NCBI GenBank assembly: GCA_040220235.1
Contig: JAVJTO010000071.1
Source: Coleofasciculus sp. B1-GNL1-01
Lineage (GTDB): Bacteria; Cyanobacteriota; Cyanobacteriia; Cyanobacteriales; Coleofasciculaceae
DNA: 64,000 nt
Direction: 5' to 3' (one strand)
Position numbers and translations under genes: made by a program. The notes below the pieces were generated by a model. The model worked only from the letters and a program-made list of their open reading frames with translations, had not been told where the DNA came from and ran no database searches. Shown here piece after piece: positions 32,001 to 42,047 of this stretch; position 1 is the stretch's first letter; each line of letters opens with the position of its first letter.

Positions 32001-33942
32001 CTACGCCAGCCGGGATGACGCGCTGCTTGACCAAAGTGACCCAAGCGGTGGCTCTTCAGCAACTGACTTTAAACTCGACCCTACTCGTCGTCCTAATGGT
32101 ATCCGACTGATCAATGGCAGTACAGTCGCTCGAAGTAGCACGAATGAATTTGTTACTGATGAGAAAGGGTTGATTTTAGTTTCCGATTTACCTGTCTATA
32201 TAAAAGGTGATTTTAACCTTCACGAAGCCCCAGGAGGAGGAACTGAACTTGAGGAATTTAAGAGTGGGGATACCCTGGATGCTGACTACGGCAATTTTTA
32301 CACAAGGGGATTAACAGCAACCGATAACTACAACCGGAATGATCAGTTTGCCCGTCGTGAAAGTGGCGGCGGTGATATGTGGAGAGCCACCCGGATTTTC
32401 GCTGATGCCGTTACCTTGTTATCGGGTGACTTTAACGATGGCTACCGCAGTGATGGCGACTACGACCTGAACAATAATATCGGCAATCAAGCTGTGGCGG
32501 CTCGGTTACAAAATGGATTCTGGTGGAATGATTATGCGACAAGCCGAGATTATTGGTCAGGAACAAATAATAGTTTCCCAGATGATAGTAATGATAGTAA
32601 CCAAAGTTCATATTTCCTCAATGGTGTCACTCCAATCCAGCGCCGGGTAAATTTTCCTGAGTATCTGATGGAGTATTGCCGCAAGTTACCTGTTTCTGAA
32701 TGTGGACCAGGGGACTGGTTCATTGGATATGACGTTAACGGAAACGGAAATTTAGATGATTCAGAAGCCGACCTAAACACTGAATTAGGGAGCGACATAG
32801 ATTTAGATGCCGATGGCACCAACAACGAAGCCGATGTTTTTGAGCGGGATGTAAATTCCTATCAGTTGGCTCAATATTTAGGTTTAGGGGCTCTAAATGC
32901 TTCAAAACTCGGGGCAGGAACAACGGCTCAACCCGCATTGGTTCCGTCAGAGCGACGCTATCCCCGTCGGGTTGCCTTTGCCAGAGATGCCAGTAATAAT
33001 CTCATTGAAGAGGGTACTCCTGGTAGCCAGGACTATCAGCCGTTGGGAGTAGGTTGTCCAGGAGGTAGTCCACTTAAAACTTTTGCAAACAGATGTACGG
33101 GTAGTAGTGTTCCAACCAAAACTGACAATGCTCTCTGGTTTGCCACAATTAAAGATTCTAGTGTTGTCGGCAATGCCAATGCTGGCAACATGAGATTTAA
33201 TGACAATGGACTTTTATGGTACGAACCTCCTACTACCAACCAAGGTCAACCGTTGTTAGTACCAATCTTACAGCTCCACACCACTAATCGCACTGCGACA
33301 CTGCCGAACAATGAGACAAGACTAAAAGATGCTCCCAATAACAACTGGTTCCAGCAAGCTACGACGACAACATTTAACGCCGTCTTAGTCATGGGAGACT
33401 CGCCCTCAAGACCTGGTCAATCTGATCCTCCTAATGCAGCTGGACTAATTGCCGAAACGGGTGGTGGCTTATCCAACTTCCCCCGATTCCTAGAAAACTG
33501 GGACGGGGAGACGGCAGAAATTCGGGGTAGCTTTATTCAGGATAAAAAGAGCGTCTTTGCCACAGCACCGTTCACAGCGATATCTGACTCAGGAATCGAT
33601 ACCTCTCTATTCTTTGACACAGCTTATTATCGTGATGACAATGATGACGGTTTCCGTTATCAAGTCGGTGCTTCTCGTCGCCGAGCTCCCTACTACGACG
33701 CACCTACACGGGCGTGGGGTTATGATGTGGGCTTACTGTCCCAAACTCCTGACCTATTCTCTAAACGATTTGCAACGCCGTTCGCCGGAAGCCCTGATGA
33801 GTTCTACAGAGAGGTGCGTCGTAATGATCCTTGGATTCAAACCTTACTCTGTGGGGCGACACTCGACAACGGAGATTTTGAGGAACATGCTGTTCCCAGT
33901 GCTGCTCAAGGTTGTCCAGCAGACAATAAATACAATAGCTAA
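29011..33942 (+). CDS. hpsA: Hormogonium polysaccharide protein HpsA (large pilin-cleavage-site protein)
   Basis: GFILPTV hydrophobic segment, RSFDR, [22 protein letters not shown] and NFPRFLENW; first gene of the pilin cluster. Confidence 0.92.
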   Translation: [1643 protein letters not shown]

Positions 33943-33980
33943 TCCCCGTCGAATCGTAACTGATAGCTGAGGTTTAAACC

Positions 33981-34694
33981 ATGCTCAAGCCGCCAAACCA
34001 TCCTCCATCCTCATCCAGTCAATCGGGTTTTACGATTATCGAATCGTTGATTGCGATTATTGTAGTTAGCATCTTGATGATTGGTCTCTCACCAGTGATT
34101 GTTCTCTCCGTCGCGACTCGTGTACAGGCAAGGCGGGTAGAACTGGCAACCCAAGCAGCAAGAGATTATGTGGATGGGGTTCGCAGTGGGGCGATTGACC
34201 CTCCCGGAAACACTGTCAATGTTGGAGACAAGAATAAAAACCTCTCCAAGTTTGCTGATGAGGCAGCCCCGAATACCACCTTACCAACCTGTAACACGAA
34301 TGCAGGACAATACTGTAGTGATGATCCAAACACAGGTTTGTACTGTGTAGACCGGGATGAGAGTGGGGGTTGCGAGAATAATAGTGCCAAAGACATGATT
34401 GTTCAAGCCTTTCGCAGTGTTTACGAAGATGGGAATGGAGACGTAGTTAATGACTCTGAAAAAGGCTACTTACTCGGTATCCGCGTGTACAGAGCCGATG
34501 GGTTCCAAAATGACGGTAATTTGGAAACGGGTCAAACCCAGCTAGCATCAACGAGCGGATTAAGGGTAAGCGATCGCAAAGATCCCTTGTTCAAGTTAAC
34601 CACGGAAATTCCACCGCCAATTCAAGCTAATCCCGCCGACGCTGATTCTGCCTATCAGGATTTCTGCGATCGCTTGGGGGGTTGTGTTAATTAA
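33981..34694 (+). CDS. hpsB: Minor pilin/pseudopilin HpsB
   Basis: GFTIIESL prepilin motif and ATRVQARRVELATQAA; follows hpsA. Confidence 0.85.
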   Translation: MLKPPNHPPSSSSQSGFTIIESLIAIIVVSILMIGLSPVIVLSVATRVQARRVELATQAARDYVDGVRSGAIDPPGNTVNVGDKNKNLSKFADEAAPNTTLPTCNTNAGQYCSDDPNTGLYCVDRDESGGCENNSAKDMIVQAFRSVYEDGNGDVVNDSEKGYLLGIRVYRADGFQNDGNLETGQTQLASTSGLRVSDRKDPLFKLTTEIPPPIQANPADADSAYQDFCDRLGGCVN

Positions 34695-34750
34695 TTGCCG
34701 TTTATCCTTGCTCACTGTTAATCAGAACACTTATATAAACTTGCAGGATA

Positions 34751-35779
34751 ATGAATAGACTCCACTACTATCTCATAACTCAGCGCAAACGCCGCCAGCA
34801 CCAGCCAAAAACAGCAGGTTTTACCTTAATTGAAATTCTGGTTGCTCTAATCATTGCGGCTCTGATTATCACGCCCTTGCTGGGATTTATGCTCAATATC
34901 CTCACGACAGATCGTCGAGAGCAAGCTAAAGCAAGCACAGAACAAGAACTTCAAGCCGCTCTAGATTATATTACCAGAGATTTAGAACAATCCGTTTATA
35001 TTTACGATGCTAAAGGTATAGGCAATATTAAAAATCAACTGCCTACGGCTCCAGCCGACATGGCATGGGAACCTGTTCTCGTGTTTTGGAAACGGCAAAT
35101 TATACCTGATATTATCCCAATTGGGAGTGGGACTAACTGTGCATCGTCTCCCGGAGCATGTGATGATGCTTTTGTATACTCCTTAGTCTCATACTTTCTG
35201 ACGAAAAAAACCAACTGTAGTGCAGATACGTGGTCTTGTACCGCTCAAATTCGCCGATTTGAAACCCGAGGCGCGGCTAAGGATCTCGATGGCGATACTG
35301 CCACTGGTGAAACCGTAGATCCGGGTTTTAATTCATTCCTATCACTGCTAAATCAGCAACCGGGTTCAAGTGTTCCCGGTGATAATTTATTTGAACAGCG
35401 AATGAATAGTTGGCAAAAAGATACCGGAGATTATCTAAGGAATTCCCAAGTTTTGATTGACTATATTGACCAAACTACCAGTGCTGTCCCAGCAGTAACC
35501 TGTTCTAACGAAACCGAAACGAATAACGCAGGAAATACTGTTACTCGATGGGAAGAAGTCCCTGCCAGTACTGTGAATACCGACTTTCAAACTGAGAGCT
35601 TTGTTGCCTGTGTTGATCCATCTCGCACCACCGCTAAAGTTTCCTTAAGAGGCAATGCCTTAGCTCGAATCAAACCGAAAAATAACCCTCCAACTTATAG
35701 TGAAGACGACTCGGTCTATTTCCCAACCGCAAGTATCCAAGTACAAGGGCGGGGATTTGTTGAAGATGAAGAGGAATAA
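34751..35779 (+). CDS. hpsC: Minor pilin/pseudopilin HpsC
   Basis: GFTLIEIL, DRREQAKA..EQE.QAALDYI.RDL and PVLVFWK motifs. Confidence 0.85.
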   Translation: MNRLHYYLITQRKRRQHQPKTAGFTLIEILVALIIAALIITPLLGFMLNILTTDRREQAKASTEQELQAALDYITRDLEQSVYIYDAKGIGNIKNQLPTAPADMAWEPVLVFWKRQIIPDIIPIGSGTNCASSPGACDDAFVYSLVSYFLTKKTNCSADTWSCTAQIRRFETRGAAKDLDGDTATGETVDPGFNSFLSLLNQQPGSSVPGDNLFEQRMNSWQKDTGDYLRNSQVLIDYIDQTTSAVPAVTCSNETETNNAGNTVTRWEEVPASTVNTDFQTESFVACVDPSRTTAKVSLRGNALARIKPKNNPPTYSEDDSVYFPTASIQVQGRGFVEDEEE

Positions 35780-35840
35780 TAATCAGGGGATAGAAGGTCG
35801 AACATGACTCAAATCAGCCAACCATGTAACAGGAGGAGCA

Positions 35841-36497
35841 ATGAGAACTACAAGGTTATCACTTAATATGCTAAAGCAGTTTGCCAATGTCAAAACGCAA
35901 GGAAAAAAAGCGTCATTGTCTTCTACCTCAGGCTTTACGTTGTTAGAAGTTTTGGTAGTGGTGATCATGATTGCTGTTTTAAGTGCGATCGCCGCACCTG
36001 GTTGGCTAGCCTTTGTTAACCGTCAACGAGTGGCGAAAGTAAATGATGCGGTTTTAAGGGCAATGCAAGACGCCCAACGGGAAGCCAAACGAACAAAACT
36101 GAGTTATAACGCCAGTTTTCAAAATGATTCAGGTCAACTAGAGGTTGCGGTTTATCCGGAAGGGACTGATGCTGGTGATATACCCTGGAAATCATTAAAT
36201 GAAGGTTTAGATATTAAAGAAGGACAAGTTCTTTTATGTTCTGATATTGATACCACAGCGAATCAAGAAGCAAGTTCTCCCACCTGTACTATCGGTACTA
36301 ATCCCAGAACAATTATATTTGACTATCAAGGAAATTTAGAACCGGGTGCTAGTATTGGAGATGGGATCGGAATTACTGTAGCTATCCCGGATAATTCACA
36401 AAGTCCTATTGTATCTACAGCTCGCTGTGTGGTTGTGAAAACTTTAATTGGCTCAAAGGTTATGGAAAAAGATGCCACTTGTCCTCTGCCGCCGTAA
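35841..36497 (+). CDS. Type IV minor pilin (HpsD/FimT-like)
   Basis: GFTLLEVL..IAAPGWL; C-terminal RCVVVKTLIG. Confidence 0.85.
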   Translation: MRTTRLSLNMLKQFANVKTQGKKASLSSTSGFTLLEVLVVVIMIAVLSAIAAPGWLAFVNRQRVAKVNDAVLRAMQDAQREAKRTKLSYNASFQNDSGQLEVAVYPEGTDAGDIPWKSLNEGLDIKEGQVLLCSDIDTTANQEASSPTCTIGTNPRTIIFDYQGNLEPGASIGDGIGITVAIPDNSQSPIVSTARCVVVKTLIGSKVMEKDATCPLPP

Positions 36498-36545
36498 TTA
36501 GAGGGTAAAAGACTATCGTTATTGTAAAATTATATTAATTTTAAA

Positions 36546-36653
36546 TACAGCGCTTTTCAAGTAAGTGAGGTACACAGACAGATCCCCGACAACTCCTACG
36601 AAGTCGGGGATCTTGCTTAGAGACTGTACCTCATCAACCTGAAATCTGCTGTA
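36546..36653. mobile_element. MITE, TIR TACAGC..TTTCA..TGAGGTACA, internal AGATCCCCGAC hairpin
   Basis: TIR pair visible; partial near-identical copy at 44601-44679. Confidence 0.8.
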
Positions 36654-37125
36654 AGTACAGATTGGCTCGGTTAAGACTTTTAACATTACCCTGTTCAGAG
36701 AAAGACTTTTGTCGCAAAATACCAAATGGGAGTTGCCAGAGGAGCATCCCATTTTTAGAGAATTGTAGCCGATTATTCATCAGGTTCGTAGTAGGCACTT
36801 TATTTAGTGCCTGAAATGGCTTTATTTCCAAGCACGCTTCGTGCTGACTACGAACAGAGCAAGATGCTTCTGTTGCGATGAGTAACCTGCTTATTGGTTT
36901 TATACTGAATCGGGCTTAATTATTCTGGAAGCCTGTCAAGGACAGGTTGGGTCAAGGGCGACCCGATCAAATTGAGTCGATACCGTTGTTGATTAGTGCA
37001 AGCGGGTCGCCCCTACACTAGGACTAAATGTCATAGGCTTCCATTACCCTTATGAAAGCGCCTGATCAAAGTGGGTTGTTACATCGTAGCCTGGAACTCC
37101 CGATGATGAGTTCAATCAGGGTAAC

Positions 37126-37770
37126 TTGGTTATGCGACAAAATAATTCAACTCAAAAACCCGTACCTAGCACCACGGCTGGATTTACATTGCTGGAACTG
37201 ATTGTAGTCGTTTTCATAATTGGGATATTAAGTGCGATCGCGGCTCCCGCTTGGCTACACTTTACGGATATACAGCGCTTGAACCAAGCTCGCGATCAAG
37301 TTTACTGGGCAATGCAAGAAGCACACAGTAATGCGCGACGTGATAAAATGACCTGGCAAGTGAGTTTTCGTAAAAATCCAGAGGATGTTTTTCAATTTGC
37401 TATTCATCAGGCTGATGCTAGCCAATTTGTCCCGACGTCAGTAGTAAACAATCCAGGTGTATGGGAGAATTTTGATCCGAATGTGGCGATTGATGAAAGC
37501 AAAAATGATCAGAACAAGTATGAAACCAGTTTAGTTAAAGATGCTTCATCAGCCTATTGGCGAGTGCAGTTTAACTACTGGGGTTGTCCTGTTCGCACAC
37601 CGGACGACGAGTGTGGACAAACCTCAATCCAAGCTTTAGGGCGTGTGACTCTGCGGAGCAAAAATGGGGGGGATGCAAAACGCTGTGTGATTGTCTCGAC
37701 ATTAATTGGAAATATGCGAAGAGGACATGAACATGATCAACCTGATGATGACGATAAGTATTGCTATTAG
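37126..37770 (+). CDS. Type IV minor pilin (FimT-like)
   Basis: GFTLLELI..IAAPAWL; RCVIVSTLIG. Confidence 0.85.
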   Translation: MVMRQNNSTQKPVPSTTAGFTLLELIVVVFIIGILSAIAAPAWLHFTDIQRLNQARDQVYWAMQEAHSNARRDKMTWQVSFRKNPEDVFQFAIHQADASQFVPTSVVNNPGVWENFDPNVAIDESKNDQNKYETSLVKDASSAYWRVQFNYWGCPVRTPDDECGQTSIQALGRVTLRSKNGGDAKRCVIVSTLIGNMRRGHEHDQPDDDDKYCY

Positions 37771-38031
37771 TTGTTTGTCCTGTGTCAGCCCTCACCCCCA
37801 GCCCCTCTCCCAACCCCCCACAATCCCCCCAGCGAGGGGGGAGGACTAAGGATGTTTCACTTTTATGGCACTGGAGAGGGGAGCAAGAGGAGAGCAGTGT
37901 AGAGACGTGCCATGGCGCGTCTGAGAGCCTTTCAAAGGTTGAGCTAGCTATAGCCAGCTATAAATTTCAAGGCGCACGTCGGTTATGGATAAGGGCGCAC
38001 GTCGGTGCGCCCCTACGAGTTTGGTATTTGT

Positions 38032-39360
38032 ATGGATATTAATTCTCTGCTGCAACCCTATCAACGTTTTGGTGTCCATCTGGGTTTAGAACGCATCCAG
38101 CGACTCCTGGCGGCGTTGGGTAATCCCCATCAGCGTATCCCGATGATTCATGTGGCGGGAACGAATGGGAAGGGTTCGGTTTGCGCTTATCTTTCCTCGG
38201 TTCTCAGTGAAGCGGGGTATCGAGTGGGACGCTATACGTCTCCTCATTTAATTGATTGGACGGAACGAATCTGTATCAATCAATACCCGATTTCTACGAC
38301 AGAATTGGTCAATAGTCTGGAACAGGTGCAAGGGGCGATTCCCCCCAATACTGAAGAGTCACCGACGCAGTTTGAAGTGATTACGGCGGCGGCTTGGTTA
38401 TATTTTGCTCAGGAACAGGTGGATATAGCGGTGATTGAGGTGGGATTGGGGGGACGTCTGGATGCGACGAATGTCTGTGATCAGCCTTTGGCGACGATTA
38501 TTACTTCAATTAGTCGGGAACATTGGCAGGTTTTGGGTTCGACGCTGAGTCAAATTGCTACAGAGAAAGCGGGTATTCTCAAAACCAATTGTCCGGCGAT
38601 TATCGCCCCTCTTCCCCCAGAAGCGAAAGCTGTTGTCCAATCTCGGATTGAGGAGTTAAATTGTCCGGTAACCTGGGTAGAACCTGCCCAGAAAGTCAAC
38701 AGGCAAACTGTAGTCAGGGCGGGTTTTGAACCAAGGTTATCATCAATCGCGACACCCAAGTCCCTAAACCCGCCCCTACATCAAAATGCAGACGCGCCGT
38801 TATGGGCGAGTTATGGGGGAATAATTTATCCATTGTCGTTGCTGGGGGAGATTCAGTTAACGAATTCTGCTGTGGCGATCGCGACTTTTCAATCCCTAGT
38901 TAACCAAGGCTGGCATATCCCAGAGTCTGCTATTGTTTCGGGGATGGCAAAGACGCAATGGTTAGGACGCCTACAATGGACTGAATGGAAGAATTATCGC
39001 CTATTGGTGGATGGCGCTCATAATCCGGCGGCGGCGACAGGTTTGCGTGAATATGTGGATACGCTGAATACGCCTGTAACCTGGGTAATGGGAATCCTCT
39101 CAACTAAAGAGCATGAGGGGATTTTTCAGGCGTTACTTCGAGGGGGCGATCGCGTTTACCTGGTTCCTGTGCCTGATCATAGCTCAGCCGAACCGGAAGA
39201 ATTGAGTGCGATCGCGCGATCGGTTTGTCCCACTCTTACCCATTGTCATACTTATCCTAACTTAGAAGCTGGACTGCAAGCGGCGACAACCACGGCTGCT
39301 GATTCTACCCTTATCCTGTGCGGTTCTCTTTATCTGGTGGGTTATTTTCTTGGTTTGTAG
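38032..39360 (+). CDS. folC: Folylpolyglutamate synthase/dihydrofolate synthase
   Basis: HVAGTNGKGS, YTSPHL, EVGLGGRLDATN, DGAHN and GSLYLVG motifs. Confidence 0.96.
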   Translation: MDINSLLQPYQRFGVHLGLERIQRLLAALGNPHQRIPMIHVAGTNGKGSVCAYLSSVLSEAGYRVGRYTSPHLIDWTERICINQYPISTTELVNSLEQVQGAIPPNTEESPTQFEVITAAAWLYFAQEQVDIAVIEVGLGGRLDATNVCDQPLATIITSISREHWQVLGSTLSQIATEKAGILKTNCPAIIAPLPPEAKAVVQSRIEELNCPVTWVEPAQKVNRQTVVRAGFEPRLSSIATPKSLNPPLHQNADAPLWASYGGIIYPLSLLGEIQLTNSAVAIATFQSLVNQGWHIPESAIVSGMAKTQWLGRLQWTEWKNYRLLVDGAHNPAAATGLREYVDTLNTPVTWVMGILSTKEHEGIFQALLRGGDRVYLVPVPDHSSAEPEELSAIARSVCPTLTHCHTYPNLEAGLQAATTTAADSTLILCGSLYLVGYFLGL

Positions 39361-39736
39361 TTGCGCTTTAGCGCCGATATAATTTTGAGGTTAGTCCCTA
39401 CGTTGGAGCGATGATAGGCTAAAGCCCTTACTACAAACTACAAACTACAAACTATCCCACATCTGGGCTGCGCGATCGGTTTGTCCTAATCTTGCCGATT
39501 GTCACACCTATCCTAACTTAGAGGCTGGACTGCAAGCGGCGACAACCACGGCTGCTGATTCTACCATTATCCTGTGCGGTTCTCTTTATCTGGTGGGTTA
39601 TTTTCTTGGTTCGTAGGTTTGTAGTTGCGCTTCAGCGCCGATATAACTTTGAGGTTAGTTCCTACGTTGGAGCGATGATAGGCTCGCATCCCTTACTACA
39701 AACTACAAACTACAAACTATCCCACATCTGGGCTGC
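39214..39736. repeat. Imperfect tandem duplication, period about 256 bp
   Basis: 39214-39469 is repeated at 39470-39736; it contains the folC 3' end, the intergenic REP and the SBP gene 3' end. Confidence 0.95.
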
Positions 39737-40990
39737 ATCAGCCACCGCTTCTTCTACCTCCTTTTCTCCTAACATTGCTGCTTGTAAATTCTCATAAATT
39801 GCGGCTTGCAACTTATTTAAATCCTTCATCGCTGGTACTAATACCTCCGCCTCTGTCAACTGACTGGCACTAATCGCTCGTGCTTGTTCTACAGGAGAAG
39901 CATTCGGATTACTTGACAATTGAGCTTGATACTGTTCCACCGCTTCAATGGTTGATGGTAAAACATTTGCCGCTTGAGCAAAGGCTAACTGATTCTCGGT
40001 ATTTGTCACAAATAGAGCAAAATTTAAGGCATCCTCTGGATTATTTGTATCCCGTGGAATGACTAAATTCATTACCGCCACATTCTTTTTACCGGTTTTT
40101 CCGGTAATTTGAGGGGATGTCGCTGATACTTTGGCAATGTCGGGGGCGTTAGTTTCAATTGTTTTTAGGAATTCCGCACCGGATGCTAGTAATGCTGTCT
40201 CTCCCGCTTGATATAATTCAATTGCATTTCGATGTCCTTGGGTGAGAACTTCTCGCGGTAAGAGTCCTTTTTGATACAAGTCTACCCAATATTTAAATGC
40301 GGCAATTCCTTCAGGCGTATTAAAGGCAGCTTTTCCTTCCTCATCGACTAACTGCACGCCCATCTGTACGAAAGATTCCAGCACTTCACTGGAATCATCG
40401 GGAACAAAGGTGACAAAAAAGGCATAGTTTCCTGTCTTATCTTTCACCTGTTGGGCAACCTCTGCCAGTTCAGTATAGGTTGTGGGCGGTTGACTAATTC
40501 CGGCTTGCTTAAGTAAATCTTGATTGTAAATCGTTACCCGTGTGGTTAGATACCAGGGGATACCAAAACTTTGATTATCAATCGTACTCGCTTGCCAGAT
40601 TTTGGGTAAATATCGCTGGCGAATTTCATCGGGAATTGTCTTTTCTAACTCTAACCAAGCATTACGAGTGGCAAGCTGGGAGGCAAAGCTGGGATTTAAA
40701 TTAACCACATCCGGTGCTGTTTTTGCGGATACGGCGGTTAAGATTTTACGCTCCATTTCTGCCCAAGGGACATCCACCCAGCGCACGTTTACGTCTGGGT
40801 TGTCGGCTTCAAAGTCACCGATAACTTGATTAAAATACTCGGTAAACTGAGGCTGAAGCTGCATCGTCCAGAACTCTATTTCTCCAGCGGCTGAGGGTGC
40901 GGGGGCGGGGCTACAGCTTACCAGCCAACTTAACAGCCATCCCAACAGGGCAAATAGTCCAAATTGTTTCCAGGTTTTGATCTGAATCAT
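39710..40990 (-). CDS. Sugar ABC transporter substrate-binding lipoprotein
   Basis: LVSC lipobox, FWTMQL, APDVVNLNP and GIPWY motifs. Confidence 0.92.
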   Translation of the reverse strand: MIQIKTWKQFGLFALLGWLLSWLVSCSPAPAPSAAGEIEFWTMQLQPQFTEYFNQVIGDFEADNPDVNVRWVDVPWAEMERKILTAVSAKTAPDVVNLNPSFASQLATRNAWLELEKTIPDEIRQRYLPKIWQASTIDNQSFGIPWYLTTRVTIYNQDLLKQAGISQPPTTYTELAEVAQQVKDKTGNYAFFVTFVPDDSSEVLESFVQMGVQLVDEEGKAAFNTPEGIAAFKYWVDLYQKGLLPREVLTQGHRNAIELYQAGETALLASGAEFLKTIETNAPDIAKVSATSPQITGKTGKKNVAVMNLVIPRDTNNPEDALNFALFVTNTENQLAFAQAANVLPSTIEAVEQYQAQLSSNPNASPVEQARAISASQLTEAEVLVPAMKDLNKLQAAIYENLQAAMLGEKEVEEAVADAAQMWDSL

Positions 40991-41207
40991 ATTGAGATAT
41001 TACACCATTTTAAGACTCCCACATCATCCGCCAAGAACTCAAGTTCTTGGCTCAAAGCTTAAGTCCATTAAAATGGACTAAAATGCTTATTTGGTTATCA
41101 ACCCGGTGGGCAGTGTCCACCCTACTCCTGGACATAAATTTTGTCACCTGAGTTAAGAGTTGTCGAAAAAAATTAATTTCTTGTTGCCTGTTCCCTGTTC
41201 CCTTCCC

Positions 41208-42047
41208 TCACTCATAACTTGATCCATCGGGTAATATCGCCCCGGTTAATGTGGCACCGCGTAGGTTAACCTGATCCAGGTTGGCATCAAGTAAAACGGT
41301 TTCTAGTAAAATTGCATCCGTTAAATTAGACCAGCATAGTTTGGCGCGATATAAATTAGCTTTGCTAAGATTAGCACCTCGTAGGGTTGTCCAACAAATA
41401 CTCACTCCTCTGAGTTTAGCCCCAATGAGTATCGCTCTGGTCAAGTTAACGCCATTAATCCTAGCCTGACTTAAATCGACTTCAGTTAAGTCTGCCTGGG
41501 TAAAGTTAGCACCATGTAACAGGGCTTTGTTCAGATTTGCCTGTTTTAAGTTGGTCTCGAGAAGAATCGCATTCGTCAAATTCGCTTTTTCTAAATTGGC
41601 GCTAATTAATGTAGCATAAGAGAGATTCGTGCGACTGAGTGAAGCGTCGGTTAATTTTGCCTGATTTAAGTTGGCTTCCCGCATGATTGCCTCACTGAGA
41701 ATGGCTTCCGACAAATTGGCACGACTGAGATTGGCACCATTCAAGGTAGAGGCTCGTAAACTGGCATTGATTAAGTTGGCTTGACTAAGATTAGCTTGGG
41801 TTAAGTTACTCGAAATTAGGTTCGCTTCGACCAAATCTGTACCACATAAGGTGGCTTGAGTGAGATTCGCTTCTCGAAAGTTGACAAGTTTGAGAGACGC
41901 CCCAGTCAGATTACTTTGGCTTAAGTCCGATCCTCGCAGGTTGGCGTGAGTCAGATCAGCACCAATCAGGGAGGCGTTTCTAAGATTAACTCGTCTGAAG
42001 TCCCGTTCCCCTACTGCATATCGTCTTAGCAGTTCATCGGCATCCAT
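41208..42047 (-). CDS. Pentapeptide repeat protein
   Basis: ELLRRY..GERDF start and A(N/D)LXX repeats. Confidence 0.95.
   Translation of the reverse strand: MDADELLRRYAVGERDFRRVNLRNASLIGADLTHANLRGSDLSQSNLTGASLKLVNFREANLTQATLCGTDLVEANLISSNLTQANLSQANLINASLRASTLNGANLSRANLSEAILSEAIMREANLNQAKLTDASLSRTNLSYATLISANLEKANLTNAILLETNLKQANLNKALLHGANFTQADLTEVDLSQARINGVNLTRAILIGAKLRGVSICWTTLRGANLSKANLYRAKLCWSNLTDAILLETVLLDANLDQVNLRGATLTGAILPDGSSYE

Noticed and set aside
36715..36756. Hairpin AAATGGGA..TCCCATTT between pilin genes as a riboswitch or ncRNA
   Set aside because: No recognisable aptamer motifs, and it is surrounded by repeat-derived palindromes.
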